Source: an uncultured Bacillota bacterium (lineage in GTDB: Bacteria; Bacillota; Limnochordia; Limnochordales; ZCTH02-B6). From it: a DNA stretch of 53,346 bases. The notes beneath the pieces were generated by a model that saw only the letters and a list, made by a program, of their open reading frames with translations, had not been told where the DNA came from and did no database searches. The position numbers were made by a program, and so were the translations under genes. Location of the stretch: positions 1 to 53,346 of the forward strand of contig CALFSR010000135.1 of NCBI GenBank assembly GCA_937916565.1, given 5' to 3'. This document shows, in pieces, positions 1 to 10,756 of the stretch; position 1 is the first letter of the stretch, and the number at the start of each line of letters is the position of its first letter.

Positions 1-583
1 GTTCGGGTTCCGGCGGAACCCCGCCCGGCACAGCCGCCAGCCGCTCGGCCTGCGAAAGCGGCGGAGCGGCCGCAGCACTCCCGGTGGCCGGTCCACGGGG
101 CGCCGCGGAAGCGCGCGGGCCGATGGACGAACGCGGCCGTCCGGCGTCTTCCGGCGCGCCGTGTGGCCGGCGGCGCCGAGCGACGACTTGCGCGCGGGCG
201 GCTGCCCGTACCTTGGCCACGAGCTCCTCCCGCACGTCGCCTAGGTTGATGGAGATGCTTCCGCCGGGCTTCGCGACGACGTCGACGGCGCCAAGCATGA
301 GCGCCTCGATGGCCGCCGGCGCCTGCCGCTGGGTGACGCTCGAAACCATCACCACCGGTGCCGGCGCTTCTTCCATGAGCCGCGCCAGCATGGTCAGCCC
401 GTCCATGCGGGGCATTTCCACGTCCAGCGTGATCACGTCCGGGCGGAGGGCGATGGCCTTTTCGAGGCCTTCCACCCCGTCGCGGGCGGTGCCGCACACC
501 TCCATCCCCGCTTCCACCAGGAAACGGCTGATCATCTGGCGCATGAGCGCCGAGTCGTCCACCACCAGGACACGCACGGACAC
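1..583 (-). CDS. cheB: Chemotaxis protein-glutamate methylesterase CheB, N-terminal receiver domain plus linker. The 3' end runs off the window.
   Basis: Absent from the ORF track because there is no stop codon in the window. Reading the minus strand from GTG at 583-581 gives VSVRVLVVDDSALMRQMISRFLVEAGMEVCGTARDGVEGLEKAIALRPDVITLDVEMPRMDGLTMLARLMEEAPAPVVMVSSVTQ. This is the typical CheB REC signature. The gene starts 5 nt after the cheY stop, inside the che operon. Confidence 0.8.
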   Translation of the reverse strand, partial: MSVRVLVVDDSALMRQMISRFLVEAGMEVCGTARDGVEGLEKAIALRPDVITLDVEMPRMDGLTMLARLMEEAPAPVVMVSSVTQRQAPAAIEALMLGAVDVVAKPGGSISINLGDVREELVAKVRAAARAQVVARRRRPHGAPEDAGRPRSSIGPRASAAPRGPATGSAAAAPPLSQAERLAAVPGGVPPEPE

Positions 584-588
584 AGCGA

Positions 589-963
589 TCAGCCTACCTG
601 CTTCGCGACGGCCTGCAACACCCGGTCAGGCTGGAACGGTTTCACGATAAAGTCCTTTGCGCCGGCCTTGATGGCCTCCAGCACAGCGCTCTGCTGCCCA
701 AGGGCGGTGCACATGATCACCTTGGCTTCCGGAAACCGGCGCCGCAGCTCCTTGAGGGCGGTGAGCCCGTCCATCTCCGGCATCGTAATGTCCATCAGCA
801 CCACGTCCGCCGGACGCTCCTCGTACTTCTCCAAAGCCTCCAGGCCGGTGGCCGCCTCAACCACTTCATAACCTGCTTCCGTCAGCAACTTATTGAGCCG
901 CAGGCGCATGAACTGTGCATCGTCCACTACGAGGACGAGAGCCAACCATCGCCACCTCCTCAT
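589..963 (-). CDS. cheY: CheY-like single-domain response regulator
   Basis: Stand-alone REC domain with LVVDDAQFMR, VLMDITMPEMDG and FIVKPF motifs. The likely true start is the in-frame TTG at 945, which sits 9 nt after an AGGAGG (960-955). That start removes most of the overlap with cheD. Confidence 0.9.
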   Translation of the reverse strand: MRRWRWLALVLVVDDAQFMRLRLNKLLTEAGYEVVEAATGLEALEKYEERPADVVLMDITMPEMDGLTALKELRRRFPEAKVIMCTALGQQSAVLEAIKAGAKDFIVKPFQPDRVLQAVAKQVG

Positions 964-1453
964 ACGCGTAATCCTGTGGCGTCAGCACTTCCGCGGGCGC
1001 GCCAACCCGGCGCACGGTGGCAACGCCCCGCTGCGCGTCCCAACTGAGGGTGCGGCCATGGGAGCCGCCCACCCGTTCGGCCACCAGCGGGATCCCGTGC
1101 CGGGCAAGCTGTTGGCGCACCATCGCGACATTGCGGGCGCCGATGTCCGGGAGCTCGCTAAAGGACAACATGCGCGCTCCACCCGCAGCTTGGGCGTACA
1201 CCTCTTCCCGCCGCGCCCCCAAGCGGCTCATCTCATTTAGCAAAAACGGAACCACGGTGTCCGCAAACTTGGCGGGATCAGCGGCCGCCGTGGCGTGACG
1301 CTCCGGAAGAACGACATGGGCCATGGCGGCAACCCGCCGGCCGGGATCGCACAAAATAAGGCCGACGCATGATCCAAGGCCGTAGATTGTCCACTCTTCG
1401 TCCGCAGCGCACCCGACCCGATACTCTCCCAGGCCGATGGAAAACCGGTTCAA
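890..1453 (-). CDS. cheD: Chemoreceptor glutamine deamidase CheD
   Basis: Translation contains YGLGSCVGLILCD and AMAHVVLPE, which are CheD hallmarks. The gene lies directly downstream of cheC, overlapping it by 4 nt. Confidence 0.88.
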   Translation of the reverse strand: MNRFSIGLGEYRVGCAADEEWTIYGLGSCVGLILCDPGRRVAAMAHVVLPERHATAAADPAKFADTVVPFLLNEMSRLGARREEVYAQAAGGARMLSFSELPDIGARNVAMVRQQLARHGIPLVAERVGGSHGRTLSWDAQRGVATVRRVGAPAEVLTPQDYAYEEVAMVGSRPRSGRCTVHAPAAQ

Positions 1454-2013
1454 CGCACGACCTCCCAGTGCTGGTCAACCGTTTGGCCCGGGATCCAGAT
1501 CAGATAGGCGGGATAGTCCGCGCCCGACGCCTGCAGCTGCGTGTGCACCACAGGCCATTCATCCCGGGCCCGGACAGCCAGAGCGCCCGCCAAGGTCGCC
1601 AGCAGGGCGCCTACCATATCCCACGCGACCTGCGGCGGCGACGGTGTGACGCTGATTCCAAATCGATCTGCCAGCGCGTTCAGAAACGCCGACCCGACCA
1701 CGTTGCCCAGTTCGCCCAGGGTGGAATCGACAAGCTCTTCGTCGGCGCCGGCGTCCATGCCGCCCAGAAGCAGCTCGATGATGTGCTGGGCGGCCTCGGC
1801 GGGGATCGCCAGAAGCAAGTAGCCCGTCAGGTCTCCTTTGACCTCAAAAAACGCCGCGGCAACCGGCGTATCCTCCGGCCCGCACAAGGCGGGGAGCTCT
1901 GTGAGGCGGTGCGAGCTGATGCACACATCGGCCTTCCAATGCAGGCGGGTCCCCAGAAACTCGGACAGCACATGCGCAGCATGGTCAAGCGCTTCGCTCA
2001 TGACGGCGGTCAT
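1450..2013 (-). CDS. cheC: CheY-P phosphatase CheC
   Basis: CheC/FliY-type motif LGELGNVVGSAFLNAL and the adjacent cheD partner. The ORF extends to a TTG at 2034. ATG codons at 2013 or 2001 are more likely starts because cheA ends at 1985. Confidence 0.8.
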   Translation of the reverse strand: MTAVMSEALDHAAHVLSEFLGTRLHWKADVCISSHRLTELPALCGPEDTPVAAAFFEVKGDLTGYLLLAIPAEAAQHIIELLLGGMDAGADEELVDSTLGELGNVVGSAFLNALADRFGISVTPSPPQVAWDMVGALLATLAGALAVRARDEWPVVHTQLQASGADYPAYLIWIPGQTVDQHWEVVR

Positions 2014-4189
2014 CCCGCCGGAGTTGGGACCCAAGCCGACGCACCTCCTTGGTAAAGCCGGTCACGTCCAGAATAAGCGCGACGGAACCGTCGCCCAGGA
2101 TGGAGGCGCCGGAGATCCCCGCGACTTGCCCGACCATGCCTTCGATGTTCTTGATGACGATCTCCTGTTCGCCCAGCACCCCGTCGACGGCCAGAGCGAG
2201 CGGCGCCGCGGCCGATTGCAGCACGACCACCGGGTTGGCCTGGCTCGGCTGCCAAGTGGCGGAAAACCGCGTTCCCCACACATCGCCCGGATTCACCAGC
2301 GGGATGACCTGATCCCGGACGTGGATCATCTGCCATCCGTTGGCCCAGCGGACTTGGCGGTCCTCGACGCGCAGTATCTCGACCACGCTCTGAAGCGGGA
2401 TGGCGAACGTCGTCTCGTGCACCCGGACCAGCATGGCCTGAACGATGGCCAATGTCAAGGGAAGGCGAACGATCCAGCGGGTGCCGCGGCCAAGCTCGGA
2501 TTCTAGCGTAACGGTCCCGTTTACCCGCTCGATATTCTTGCGCACCACATCGAGCCCGACGCCCCGGCCGGACACGTCCGACACCTGATCGGTGGTGGTG
2601 AAGCCGGGCAGGAACAAGAGGTCAAGCGCCTCCGATGCGTCCAACTTTTGCGCCTGATCCGCCGTCAACAAGCCCTTGGCCACCGCGACCTGGCGGACCT
2701 TGTTGGGATCGATGCCGCGCCCGTCGTCGCTGACCTCGATGAAGATGCTGTTTTCCTGGTGGTACGCCTTGAGCTGTACGAGGCCCTCAGGGTCCTTGCC
2801 GGCCGCGCGCCGCGCCGCCGGCGGCTCGATGCCGTGGTCGAGGGCGTTTCGGATCAAGTGAACGAGCGGGTCGCCGATCTGCTCGATGACCGCCCGGTCC
2901 AGCTCCGTGTCTTCGCCGGACATGGCGAACCGCACCTGCTTGTTGAGGCGGCGAGCCAAGTCCCTCACCATGCGGGGGAACTTGCGGAACAGCGTCTCAA
3001 GGGGCACCATCCGCGCCTGCATGATCGTATCCTGCAGGTCCGTCGTAATGCGGCTCAGATGGCCCGTGACAAGCTCAAGCTCCTCCTTGAGGTCCTGCGT
3101 GGACAAGTCCACGTGCCCAAGGCGCGCAAGGCGCGTCCGGTCGATGACGAGCTCGCCGACGAGGTTCATCAGCCTGTCCAACACTTTGACGCTGACGCGG
3201 ATCGTGTCGGCCATGGAACCAGCCTGGGAAGCCGCAGCCGGCTGCCCGCCGGCCGCACCGTTGCCCGCTCCGCCGTTGCCCGCGCCTCCGTTCCCGGCGG
3301 CACCGCTCCCAGGCGCCGCCTGTGCACCGGCGGGCCCATCGGCCGTAGCTCCGCTGGCCGGAGAAGCAGCGGTCCCCGGACCGGCCTGCTCCGGCCCGGC
3401 GCCGTCTTGGGGCGAAGCGGGCAAGTCGTGCGCCGCCGCCGGGTTGGCCGCTCGCGCCGCCTCTTCCCACGTCACCGACTGCAGGTGGCTGACTTCGCCC
3501 AGCGCCGCCACGATTTGGGCCGGATCGTCAGACGTGGCCACGACCGCGGTCATCTGGGCGTAGTCGGCGGCCCCTTCCTCGATATCCCGCTGGGGCGGTT
3601 CGGTGTGAACCACCCGTCCCCGCTCCTGCAGCACGAGAAGCGCCTGGTAGAGGCGAACGACGGGCATGGGAGCCGTAGGGTCGACCGCCACGTCAAAGCG
3701 CAGGAGGCGTTCGCCGTTGTCGGCGGCTTGCTCGACGAGGTGATCCAGGTCGGGTATCTCGGCCAAGGTCCCGGGCCGGGCGGCCGCTGCCACGTCCTGG
3801 CCGCTGGCGAGGCTTTCCAAACGGTGGGCGAGGGAGTCCACTTCCACGCCCGCGTCCGTTCCGTCCCGCTCGACCGCGGCCAAACAGCGGCGCAGCACGT
3901 CCACCGCGCCCAGCAGCGCGTCGACGATATCGGCATCCACCGCCCGCTCGCCGCTGCGCACGAGGTCCAAGAGGGACTCAAGGGCGTGGGTGAGGCGCGC
4001 CATGCGGGTCATGCCCGCCGTCGCGGCACCGCCCTTAAGGGTATGGGCGGCGCGAAAAATGGCTGCGACGGCGTCCGGACTCGCACCGGTCTCCAGGTCG
4101 ACCAGGAGTTCCTCCATGGTGTCGACCATCTCGGCCGACTCGCTCAAAAAGAGCGCCAGCTCTTCCGCGCTCAGCTCATCCATCGACAT
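1985..4189 (-). CDS. cheA: Chemotaxis histidine kinase CheA (P1 HPt, P2, long linker, P3 dimerisation, P4 HATPase, P5 CheW-like)
   Basis: HPt motif AAHTLKGGAATAG. HATPase motifs HLIRNALDHGIE, DDGRGID and GRGVGLDVV. The C-terminal CheW-like domain is also present. Confidence 0.95.
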   Translation of the reverse strand: MSMDELSAEELALFLSESAEMVDTMEELLVDLETGASPDAVAAIFRAAHTLKGGAATAGMTRMARLTHALESLLDLVRSGERAVDADIVDALLGAVDVLRRCLAAVERDGTDAGVEVDSLAHRLESLASGQDVAAAARPGTLAEIPDLDHLVEQAADNGERLLRFDVAVDPTAPMPVVRLYQALLVLQERGRVVHTEPPQRDIEEGAADYAQMTAVVATSDDPAQIVAALGEVSHLQSVTWEEAARAANPAAAHDLPASPQDGAGPEQAGPGTAASPASGATADGPAGAQAAPGSGAAGNGGAGNGGAGNGAAGGQPAAASQAGSMADTIRVSVKVLDRLMNLVGELVIDRTRLARLGHVDLSTQDLKEELELVTGHLSRITTDLQDTIMQARMVPLETLFRKFPRMVRDLARRLNKQVRFAMSGEDTELDRAVIEQIGDPLVHLIRNALDHGIEPPAARRAAGKDPEGLVQLKAYHQENSIFIEVSDDGRGIDPNKVRQVAVAKGLLTADQAQKLDASEALDLLFLPGFTTTDQVSDVSGRGVGLDVVRKNIERVNGTVTLESELGRGTRWIVRLPLTLAIVQAMLVRVHETTFAIPLQSVVEILRVEDRQVRWANGWQMIHVRDQVIPLVNPGDVWGTRFSATWQPSQANPVVVLQSAAAPLALAVDGVLGEQEIVIKNIEGMVGQVAGISGASILGDGSVALILDVTGFTKEVRRLGSQLRRDDRRHERSA
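3258..3302. repeat. Three imperfect tandem 15-nt units inside the cheA linker, encoding (GAGNG)x3
   Basis: The units are ccgttgcccgctccg, ccgttgcccgcgcct and ccgttcccggcggca, lying back to back. The protein reads AAGNGGAGNGGAGNGAAGG. Confidence 0.85.
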
Positions 4190-4682
4190 CGGCTACCCGC
4201 TCCTCGAGCCGATCCAGCTCGTCCCGCTCGTGGGCATGGAGCACCCGGTTGAGATCCAGCAGGATGACGAGCCGGTCCTCCAGGCGCGCAATGCCGGTGA
4301 TGTACTGCGTGTCGAGGCTGACGATGTAGGGCGAAGGCGGCTCGATACGGTCGCCTTCCAGCCGCAGCACCTCCGAAACGGCGTCCACGATGACGCCCAG
4401 CGTCTGCTCGCCCATCTCGACCACGACGATGCGCCGGTCGGCGTCCTCAGCTCCCGGGGGCATCAGAAACCGCTTCCGCAGGTCGATCACGGGGATAACG
4501 CTGCCCCGCAGGTTGATGACGCCTTCCACGAAATCCGGCGTGCGCGGCACCCGCGTCACCTCGTGCACCCGGATGATCTCCCGCACCTGGTGGATGTCCA
4601 CGCCGTACAACTCCCCGGCGAGGAGAAACACGACCAGCTGCCTCTGATCGCCCGCCACAGCCCGCGCCTGATCCGCCGCCAT
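4176..4682 (-). CDS. cheW: Chemotaxis coupling protein CheW
   Basis: QLVVFLLAGELYGVDIHQVREIIRV and the rest of a CheW fold. ATG at 4682 is preceded by GAGGGGTGA. The ORF-track start (GTG at 4691) is also possible. The gene overlaps the cheA start by 14 nt. Confidence 0.9.
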   Translation of the reverse strand: MAADQARAVAGDQRQLVVFLLAGELYGVDIHQVREIIRVHEVTRVPRTPDFVEGVINLRGSVIPVIDLRKRFLMPPGAEDADRRIVVVEMGEQTLGVIVDAVSEVLRLEGDRIEPPSPYIVSLDTQYITGIARLEDRLVILLDLNRVLHAHERDELDRLEERVADVDG

Positions 4683-4711
4683 CGGCCTCACCCCTCACGC
4701 ACTGCTCGCGC

Positions 4712-6550
4712 TCACGTCCTGAACTGGGTCACAACTTGGCGCAACTCTGCCGCCATGCGGGCCAGGGACCGCACCGCGCCGGCCACCTGTTCGATGGAGG
4801 CGTGCATCTCCTCCGACGCCGCACTCACTTCCTCCGAGGACGCCGCCGTCTGCTCAGCCACCGCGGAAATGCTCTCCATGGCGCCCATGACCTGTTCGCT
4901 CTGGGCCGCCATTTGCTGCGTCGCCGCGGTGTTCTCCTCCGTAATGCGGGCGACGCCTTCAACCGCCCGCATCACCCGCTCGACGCTCTCCGCTAGGCCT
5001 TGCGCATCCTGCGTGATGCGCTGAACCTGGGCGTCGGTGCCTTCGAGGGCGCCGAGGATCTGCTCCAGGGCTTGCCCGGCAATGCGGGCCCGGTCCATGC
5101 CGGTTTCCACTTCGCGGGTGCCGACCTGCATGGCCTCGACGGCTTCTTCAATACCCGACTGCATGTCCGCGATCAAGGCCGCTATCTCCTTGGCGGACGC
5201 CGCCGACCGCTCGGCCAGCTTGCGCACTTCGTCCGCGACGACGGCAAAGCCTTTGCCGTGCTCGCCCGCCCTCGCCGCCTCGATGGCCGCGTTGAGGGCA
5301 AGCAAGTTCGTCTGCTCGGCGATGTCGGAGATGACCTGGACGATCTCGCCTACCTGTTGCGAGTGGCGACCGAGCTGCCGCACCTTCTCGGCCGTCGCAA
5401 ACACGGTGCGCTGAATACCCTCCATGCCCGCCACCGTCTGGCGCACCGTCTGGCCGCCCTGACGGGCCGTGGTCACGCCTTCCTTGGACGCGGCCGCCAC
5501 CTGGCGGGCGCTCTCGGCCACGGCGCGAATGGCCACCGTCATCTCTTGCACCAGCCGGCCGCCCTCGTGCACGACCCGCGCCTGTTCGGCCGCGCCGGCC
5601 GCGATACGATCGATGGCCTGCTTGAGCTCGCTGACGATGCCGACCACCTGCTGCACCGTCCGACTCTGGTCGCCCGTCCCCTCGGCCACCTGGCTGATGG
5701 TCTGGGTAATCTGCTCGGTGGCGCGAGCCGCCTGTTCCGCCGACGCCGACAGTTCCTCCGTGCTGCGATTGAGGGCGTCCGTGGACTGGATGATACGCTG
5801 CGCCAGCTGGCGCAAGTTGTTGGTCATGACCGAAAACGCCGTCGCCACCTGGCCGACCTCGTCCCGCTGCTTCACTTGCCCGAGCTGGACCGTCAAGTCG
5901 CCCTCGGCGACCCGGCCTACGACGGCAGCCATGTGGACGAGCGGCGCGCTCACCGCCCTGGTGAGAACGATGGACAGGATAATGCCCACCGCCAGCGCCG
6001 CGGCCATGGCCATCATGATGCGCGTCTCGGCCATCTGCGACGCCCGCATGGCTTCGGCTTGGGCCTCCACGAGCTTCGCGTCCGAGAACTCCACCACCCG
6101 GCGCACCAGTGCCTGCGCCTGGTCGGCCAGGTTCTGCAGTTCCTCCCGCCGGGTAAAGGCCGCGAACTGCTCCTGGGAAATGTCAAAGAATTGATCCTGG
6201 GTTTGTTTCAAATCGCGAAGCAGCTGGCGCCCGGCGTCATCGCTGAGCCGCTGCTCCATGGTCAAGTACGTCTGTTCCCACTGTTCCCGGATGCGGCTGA
6301 GCGCGTCCGCGGGCAGGAAAAACTCCAATACAGCGCCCGCGGCGTCCTCGGTCAACAGCTCGAGACGCCGGGCTTCCACCGTAACCTGGACGTCCGTGCC
6401 GATCACCGTGGCAAAGGACTCCGTGAGTTCCCTCACTGCCAGCACGCCGAGCCAGGCTACAACTGCAACGAGAACGAGAACTAGAGCGAATCCGCCACCG
6501 ATCTTGGCCGACATCCGCAGCCGGTGCCACAAGGAGCCATCCTTGGCCAC
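4712..6550 (-). CDS. Methyl-accepting chemotaxis protein (two TM segments, about 140-aa helical periplasmic sensor, HAMP, signalling domain)
   Basis: Signalling tip [44 protein letters not shown]-like segment [22 protein letters not shown] start at 6550 sits 6 nt after GGGAGGGA. Confidence 0.93.
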   Translation of the reverse strand: MAKDGSLWHRLRMSAKIGGGFALVLVLVAVVAWLGVLAVRELTESFATVIGTDVQVTVEARRLELLTEDAAGAVLEFFLPADALSRIREQWEQTYLTMEQRLSDDAGRQLLRDLKQTQDQFFDISQEQFAAFTRREELQNLADQAQALVRRVVEFSDAKLVEAQAEAMRASQMAETRIMMAMAAALAVGIILSIVLTRAVSAPLVHMAAVVGRVAEGDLTVQLGQVKQRDEVGQVATAFSVMTNNLRQLAQRIIQSTDALNRSTEELSASAEQAARATEQITQTISQVAEGTGDQSRTVQQVVGIVSELKQAIDRIAAGAAEQARVVHEGGRLVQEMTVAIRAVAESARQVAAASKEGVTTARQGGQTVRQTVAGMEGIQRTVFATAEKVRQLGRHSQQVGEIVQVISDIAEQTNLLALNAAIEAARAGEHGKGFAVVADEVRKLAERSAASAKEIAALIADMQSGIEEAVEAMQVGTREVETGMDRARIAGQALEQILGALEGTDAQVQRITQDAQGLAESVERVMRAVEGVARITEENTAATQQMAAQSEQVMGAMESISAVAEQTAASSEEVSAASEEMHASIEQVAGAVRSLARMAAELRQVVTQFRT

Positions 6551-6581
6551 CGTCGATCCCTCCCGCTGTTCACCCCACCCA

Positions 6582-8561
6582 TTACAATTTGTACCATCGT
6601 TTGGGCCTATTTTGCAACGCGCGGACGCCTTCTGATGCCGTTTGTCTTGCCAATCGAAACCGGCTGGTCATGTTTTTTAGCGCTGCCGCCATCTCCGTCA
6701 TCGCGGCCACGGACGCCCGCGTCCGTTCGGCGGCGGTGTACACTTCCTCGGTGGACGCGCTCACCTCCTGGGCGCTCGCGGCGGTTTGTTCGGAGTCTGC
6801 GGCCACCTCGTCCATGGCCCTGGCGACCTCCCGGCTCGCGGCGGTCATCTCCTCGGCGGCCCGGGTGTTGGCATGGGTGATACCCGTCATGTGCTCCATC
6901 GCGGCGAGCGCCGCGGGTGCCGCCTCGGCCATCTGCCGCGACGCCTGCGAGATCGTCTGCGCGAGGTCGTCCGTCGTCTGGATAGCCGCAAGAATCTCCT
7001 CCAATGCCTGCCGGGCGGCGCCGGCGGACTGCACCCCGGACTCCACCTGCGCGGAACCCGCGTCAATGGCCTGCACCGCGGCGTCAACCGCCACCTGAAT
7101 GCTGGCGATCAGCTGCTCGATCTCCCGGGCCGACTGGGCCGAGCGCACCGCCAGGCTGCGCACTTCATCCGCGACGACGCCGAAACCGCGCCCGTGTTCT
7201 CCGGCTCGTGCTGCCTCGATGGCGGCGTTGAGAGCAAGCAAATTTGTCTGATCCGCGATCCCGCCGATCAGTTGCACGATTTGCCCGATCTGGCTCGAAT
7301 AACCCGCGAGTTCCCGGATGCGCTCCGCCGCTTCCTGTACGGAAGCCCGCATCCTCTCCATGTCGGCGGCGACGCGCCGGGCAGCCGCTTCCCCTTCCCG
7401 CGCCCGCTCCGAGCCCCGCCCGGACGCGGCCGCCACCTCTCGCGCCGAGGAGGCCACATGCTCGATCAAGCCAGCCATCCGTTCGACCGCCTCGGTGGTG
7501 TGCGCGACCTGGCGTGCCTGCTCCCGGGCACCGGCGACAATGCGCTCAATCGCCTCGCCCAGTTGATCCAAGGTTTGGCGCGTCAGTTGCACCTGCTGCA
7601 CTTGGCCGCCGGTGCCCCGGGCCACCTCATGGATGGCCGTGGCGATGTGCTGCGTCGCGCCGGCGGACTCGTCGACCGCACCCTGCAGGGCCTGGGCGCG
7701 CTCAAGGAGCACCCGGCTCGCGTTTTGCAGCTCGCGCACGATGGCGCTCCAGTTTTGGACCATGCGGCAAAAGGCCCGGGCCACGTCGCCGATCTCGTCG
7801 CGAGTGCGCACCTGCAGCGCTTCCACCGTGAGGTCCCCCGTCGCTAGCCGCGCCGCAATGTCTGCCACCCGGCGCACCGGCCGGGCGATGTTAAGCGTAA
7901 AGAGGCCCGCGAACACGACGCCCCCGCCGAGCGCGATGGCCGCCATCAGGCTAATCCAGTGCCGAGACGTCCGGTGAGACTCAAGGGCGAGCCCCTGCAT
8001 CTCCCTTACCCGCAGCTCCTGGTGGTCCATTAGGGCCCGTGCCCGCTCGACCAGCTCCTGCCGGGCGGACCGCAGGCTGGTCGACACCAGCATCGACGCT
8101 TCCAGAAGACTGATGTCGCTGCGTTCCAGAAGGGGCTGCACCAACGCCTCAAACCGTTCCTTGGCGGCGGCGATCTCCGCTACCAGCCCTTCGGCCCGCT
8201 CACCGTCGTAGCGGCTTGTCACCCGCAGCTCCGCCATCACCTGATCCGCGCCCTGCTTCGCTTCGGCAAACTCGGCACGGTACGCGGCGTCATTGGTGAG
8301 CAGATAGGCCAGCACCGCCCGGGCTTCATCGTTGAGGTAGCTTAGCATGAGATCGGTCCGGCGCCGGTCGTTCTCGATGCGCATGACGTCGCCGGCGTAC
8401 GTGGCCGTCAGCTGCTGCAGGGCGCTCAGGCTGACCACCAGCAGCGCCGCCGTGAACACGAGCATCACGGCAAATCCGACCAGCATCTTGGCCCAGATGG
8501 GAAATCTTGCCCGCTCTGCCAGGCGACGGAACACGGCGGTCACCTGCCTTGCTCGACCCAA
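6582..8561 (-). CDS. Methyl-accepting chemotaxis protein (two TM segments, helical sensor, HAMP)
   Basis: Signalling tip [40 protein letters not shown]. The start is uncertain: TTG at 8561, or GTG at 8543 or 8534. Confidence 0.92.
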   Translation of the reverse strand: MGRARQVTAVFRRLAERARFPIWAKMLVGFAVMLVFTAALLVVSLSALQQLTATYAGDVMRIENDRRRTDLMLSYLNDEARAVLAYLLTNDAAYRAEFAEAKQGADQVMAELRVTSRYDGERAEGLVAEIAAAKERFEALVQPLLERSDISLLEASMLVSTSLRSARQELVERARALMDHQELRVREMQGLALESHRTSRHWISLMAAIALGGGVVFAGLFTLNIARPVRRVADIAARLATGDLTVEALQVRTRDEIGDVARAFCRMVQNWSAIVRELQNASRVLLERAQALQGAVDESAGATQHIATAIHEVARGTGGQVQQVQLTRQTLDQLGEAIERIVAGAREQARQVAHTTEAVERMAGLIEHVASSAREVAAASGRGSERAREGEAAARRVAADMERMRASVQEAAERIRELAGYSSQIGQIVQLIGGIADQTNLLALNAAIEAARAGEHGRGFGVVADEVRSLAVRSAQSAREIEQLIASIQVAVDAAVQAIDAGSAQVESGVQSAGAARQALEEILAAIQTTDDLAQTISQASRQMAEAAPAALAAMEHMTGITHANTRAAEEMTAASREVARAMDEVAADSEQTAASAQEVSASTEEVYTAAERTRASVAAMTEMAAALKNMTSRFRLARQTASEGVRALQNRPKRWYKL

Positions 8562-8595
8562 AGGGCGCTTTTGCCGGCGGATCAGCGCGGCGGGG

Positions 8596-10665
8596 CTAGC
8601 TGACGCCGGTGGCGTCCCGCTGGTCGTCGTTCATCTGGTCCCACACGGCGGCGAACGAGTCCGCAACCGACAGGAACACTTCCACGAGCGCCGGATCAAA
8701 GGCACGCCCCCGCCCGGCGTAGATCTGGTCGACCGTCTTCTGGTGCGACCAGCCAGGCTTGTACGGCCGCGTGGAGCGCAACGCGTCGTACACGTCCGCG
8801 ATGGCGACGATCCGGGCTTCCAAGGGGATCTCCTCACCCGCCAACCCGTCGGGATACCCGGTGCCGTCCCAGCGCTCGTGGTGGCTGCGGGCGATGTTCG
8901 CGGCGATGCGCAGAAAATGCGACGGGGAGGGCACTCGCGCGTCCCGCAGCGACGGCGACTGCAAAAGGTCGTAGCCGGCGACGGTGTGACTTTTGATCAG
9001 TTCAAACTCGGCGTCGGAAAGCGGTCCCGGTTTCGTGAGCACCGGCGTCGGCACGGCGATCTTGCCGATGTCGTGCAGGATCGCCGCCAGGGCAATGTTT
9101 CCCGACAGCACGGGGGATTGCAGCTCCGGATACACGTGGCTCGCAGCGCGGGACAAAAGCCGCGTGAACTCCCGCATGCGCTCCAGGTGCGCCCGGCTCC
9201 CCCGGTCGTGCATCTCCGCGGCCGCGGCCAGGGCAAACGCCAAGGCTTCCTGGGTAAACGCCCCCTCGTACACCGGCGGCAGGGCTAGCCGGCCCTCCCC
9301 GACTTCGGTGGTCACGTCGCGGCTGATGCCCAAGTACCCGACGAGCCGTCCGCGCCGGTCGAGGATCCGCGTGATGGCCACCGACGCGATCCAGTCGCCC
9401 TTGTCCTTGTGGCGGTTGATGACGTGGCCCAGCCACGACCCTTCGGTGTGCAGGCTGCGCCACATCTCATCGTACACTTCCCGAGGCGTGCGGCCGGAAG
9501 CGATAAAATTGGGCCGCTTGCCCACCAGGTCCCGCAAGGGATAGCCGGCCCGCCGCTCATAGGTGGGATTCACGTAGAGGATCTTCAGGTCGGGGTCGGT
9601 GATGAGGATACTGTCAGGGCTGTTGACGAGCCACCCCTCAAAAAAACCGCCCGGCAGGCGTCCCTGGGCGCTTCCCTTGCTGGACATGGCCTGCGCCACT
9701 TGCCGCCTTTTGTGCTGGTACATGCGGTGGTCGGCCTTTTCAATGAGTGCCTGCAACTCGCGGCCGTCGTGGGGCCAGAGCGCGATGCCGACGGTGATCG
9801 TCGGCTGGGGCGGCTCCAACTTGGCCACATGTTCACGCACCCGCTCCATGATGGCCGCCCGCACCTCCAGCGCCTCGTCCCGCCCGGCACCGGGCAAGAG
9901 CAGGACGAACTCATCGCCGCCGTAACGGGTGACGACCGCGCCGGGGGAGGAAGCTTCTTGGAGAATCCTTGCCAGATCCCGCAAAAACGTGTCGCCCGAC
10001 AAGTGCCCGCGCACGTCGTTGAGCGCCTTGAAACCGTCGAGATCCGCGAACAGGAGCGCCCCGCGGGGAGAAGCGGAACTCTCCCGCCAGCGGCGCTCGA
10101 GCCCTATGCGATTGAACAGCCCCGTCAGCGGGTCGAGCTCCCGAGCTTTGTGCACCTCAAACAGCGTGAGGTTGAGGCTCGCGTAGTCCGCGAGCTTTCT
10201 CAGAAAACCGCGAGCGGCCGGCTTGAGGCTAAACGCGGTCTTCCATCCAAACACCACAACACCCCATAGGCGGCCGTCTTGCACCAAGGGCGCGGCATAG
10301 CCCGCGGCGAGACCTAAGAAGACCGCCTCCTCCCGCAGGCCGGGCGGGACGGCCGGCGCCGTCCGCATGTCGGGGTACACCTCGCCGTCTTGCACGTTCA
10401 CCCAGCGCTCGGCTTCCTGGGGCGGGCAGGGATCGTCAGAGGTCGCCTCCGGAATCCCGCCCGCCGCGGCCGGCGCTACTGCGCACGTGCGCAGCCTTCC
10501 GTCGCTGCCAAGGCGCCGCAACAGCACGGCGTCGCATCCCACCTGCGCCCGGAGGGTGGCCGCGAGCGTCGACAGGAATTCTTCCTCGGGCCGCGCCTTG
10601 AGCACCTCGGCGTTGAGCGCGCTGAGCCCTTCCAGGACATGCGTACAGTCCAACGTCGTGTTCAC
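8596..10665 (-). CDS. Composite c-di-GMP turnover protein: GAF-like N-terminus, GGDEF, PAS and HD-GYP domains
   Basis: GGDEF domain: [37 protein letters not shown] domain: [28 protein letters not shown] domain: [33 protein letters not shown]. Confidence 0.9.
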   Translation of the reverse strand: MNTTLDCTHVLEGLSALNAEVLKARPEEEFLSTLAATLRAQVGCDAVLLRRLGSDGRLRTCAVAPAAAGGIPEATSDDPCPPQEAERWVNVQDGEVYPDMRTAPAVPPGLREEAVFLGLAAGYAAPLVQDGRLWGVVVFGWKTAFSLKPAARGFLRKLADYASLNLTLFEVHKARELDPLTGLFNRIGLERRWRESSASPRGALLFADLDGFKALNDVRGHLSGDTFLRDLARILQEASSPGAVVTRYGGDEFVLLLPGAGRDEALEVRAAIMERVREHVAKLEPPQPTITVGIALWPHDGRELQALIEKADHRMYQHKRRQVAQAMSSKGSAQGRLPGGFFEGWLVNSPDSILITDPDLKILYVNPTYERRAGYPLRDLVGKRPNFIASGRTPREVYDEMWRSLHTEGSWLGHVINRHKDKGDWIASVAITRILDRRGRLVGYLGISRDVTTEVGEGRLALPPVYEGAFTQEALAFALAAAAEMHDRGSRAHLERMREFTRLLSRAASHVYPELQSPVLSGNIALAAILHDIGKIAVPTPVLTKPGPLSDAEFELIKSHTVAGYDLLQSPSLRDARVPSPSHFLRIAANIARSHHERWDGTGYPDGLAGEEIPLEARIVAIADVYDALRSTRPYKPGWSHQKTVDQIYAGRGRAFDPALVEVFLSVADSFAAVWDQMNDDQRDATGVS

Positions 10666-10730
10666 GCCGACGTTCCCCCTGCCTTGCCATAGCCCCCCGG
10701 TTTCGGCACGAACTTACACGAGACCCTCGG

Positions 10731-10756
10731 TTATCTGACTTTTTCTTCCACTGTTA
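10731..10756 (-). promoter_or_regulatory. Candidate sigmaD/FliA-type promoter upstream of the GGDEF-mcp-che operon
   Basis: The minus strand reads TAAC-N14-TCAGATAA. The Bacillus sigmaD consensus is TAAA-N15-GCCGATAA. That is 3/4 and 6/8 matches, about 66 nt upstream of the GTG at 10665. Confidence 0.3.

Noticed and set aside
3258-3302. A CRISPR-like or minisatellite array
   Set aside because: There are only three 15-nt units with no spacers. They are in frame inside cheA and encode a GAGNG linker repeat.
5200-5330. Dispersed nucleotide repeats shared by the four MCP genes (also near 7150-7260, 26040-26150 and 51790-51900)
   Set aside because: The similarity is confined to the universally conserved signalling-tip codons ([27 protein letters not shown]). 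Selection at the protein level explains it, so this is not a mobile or repeat element.
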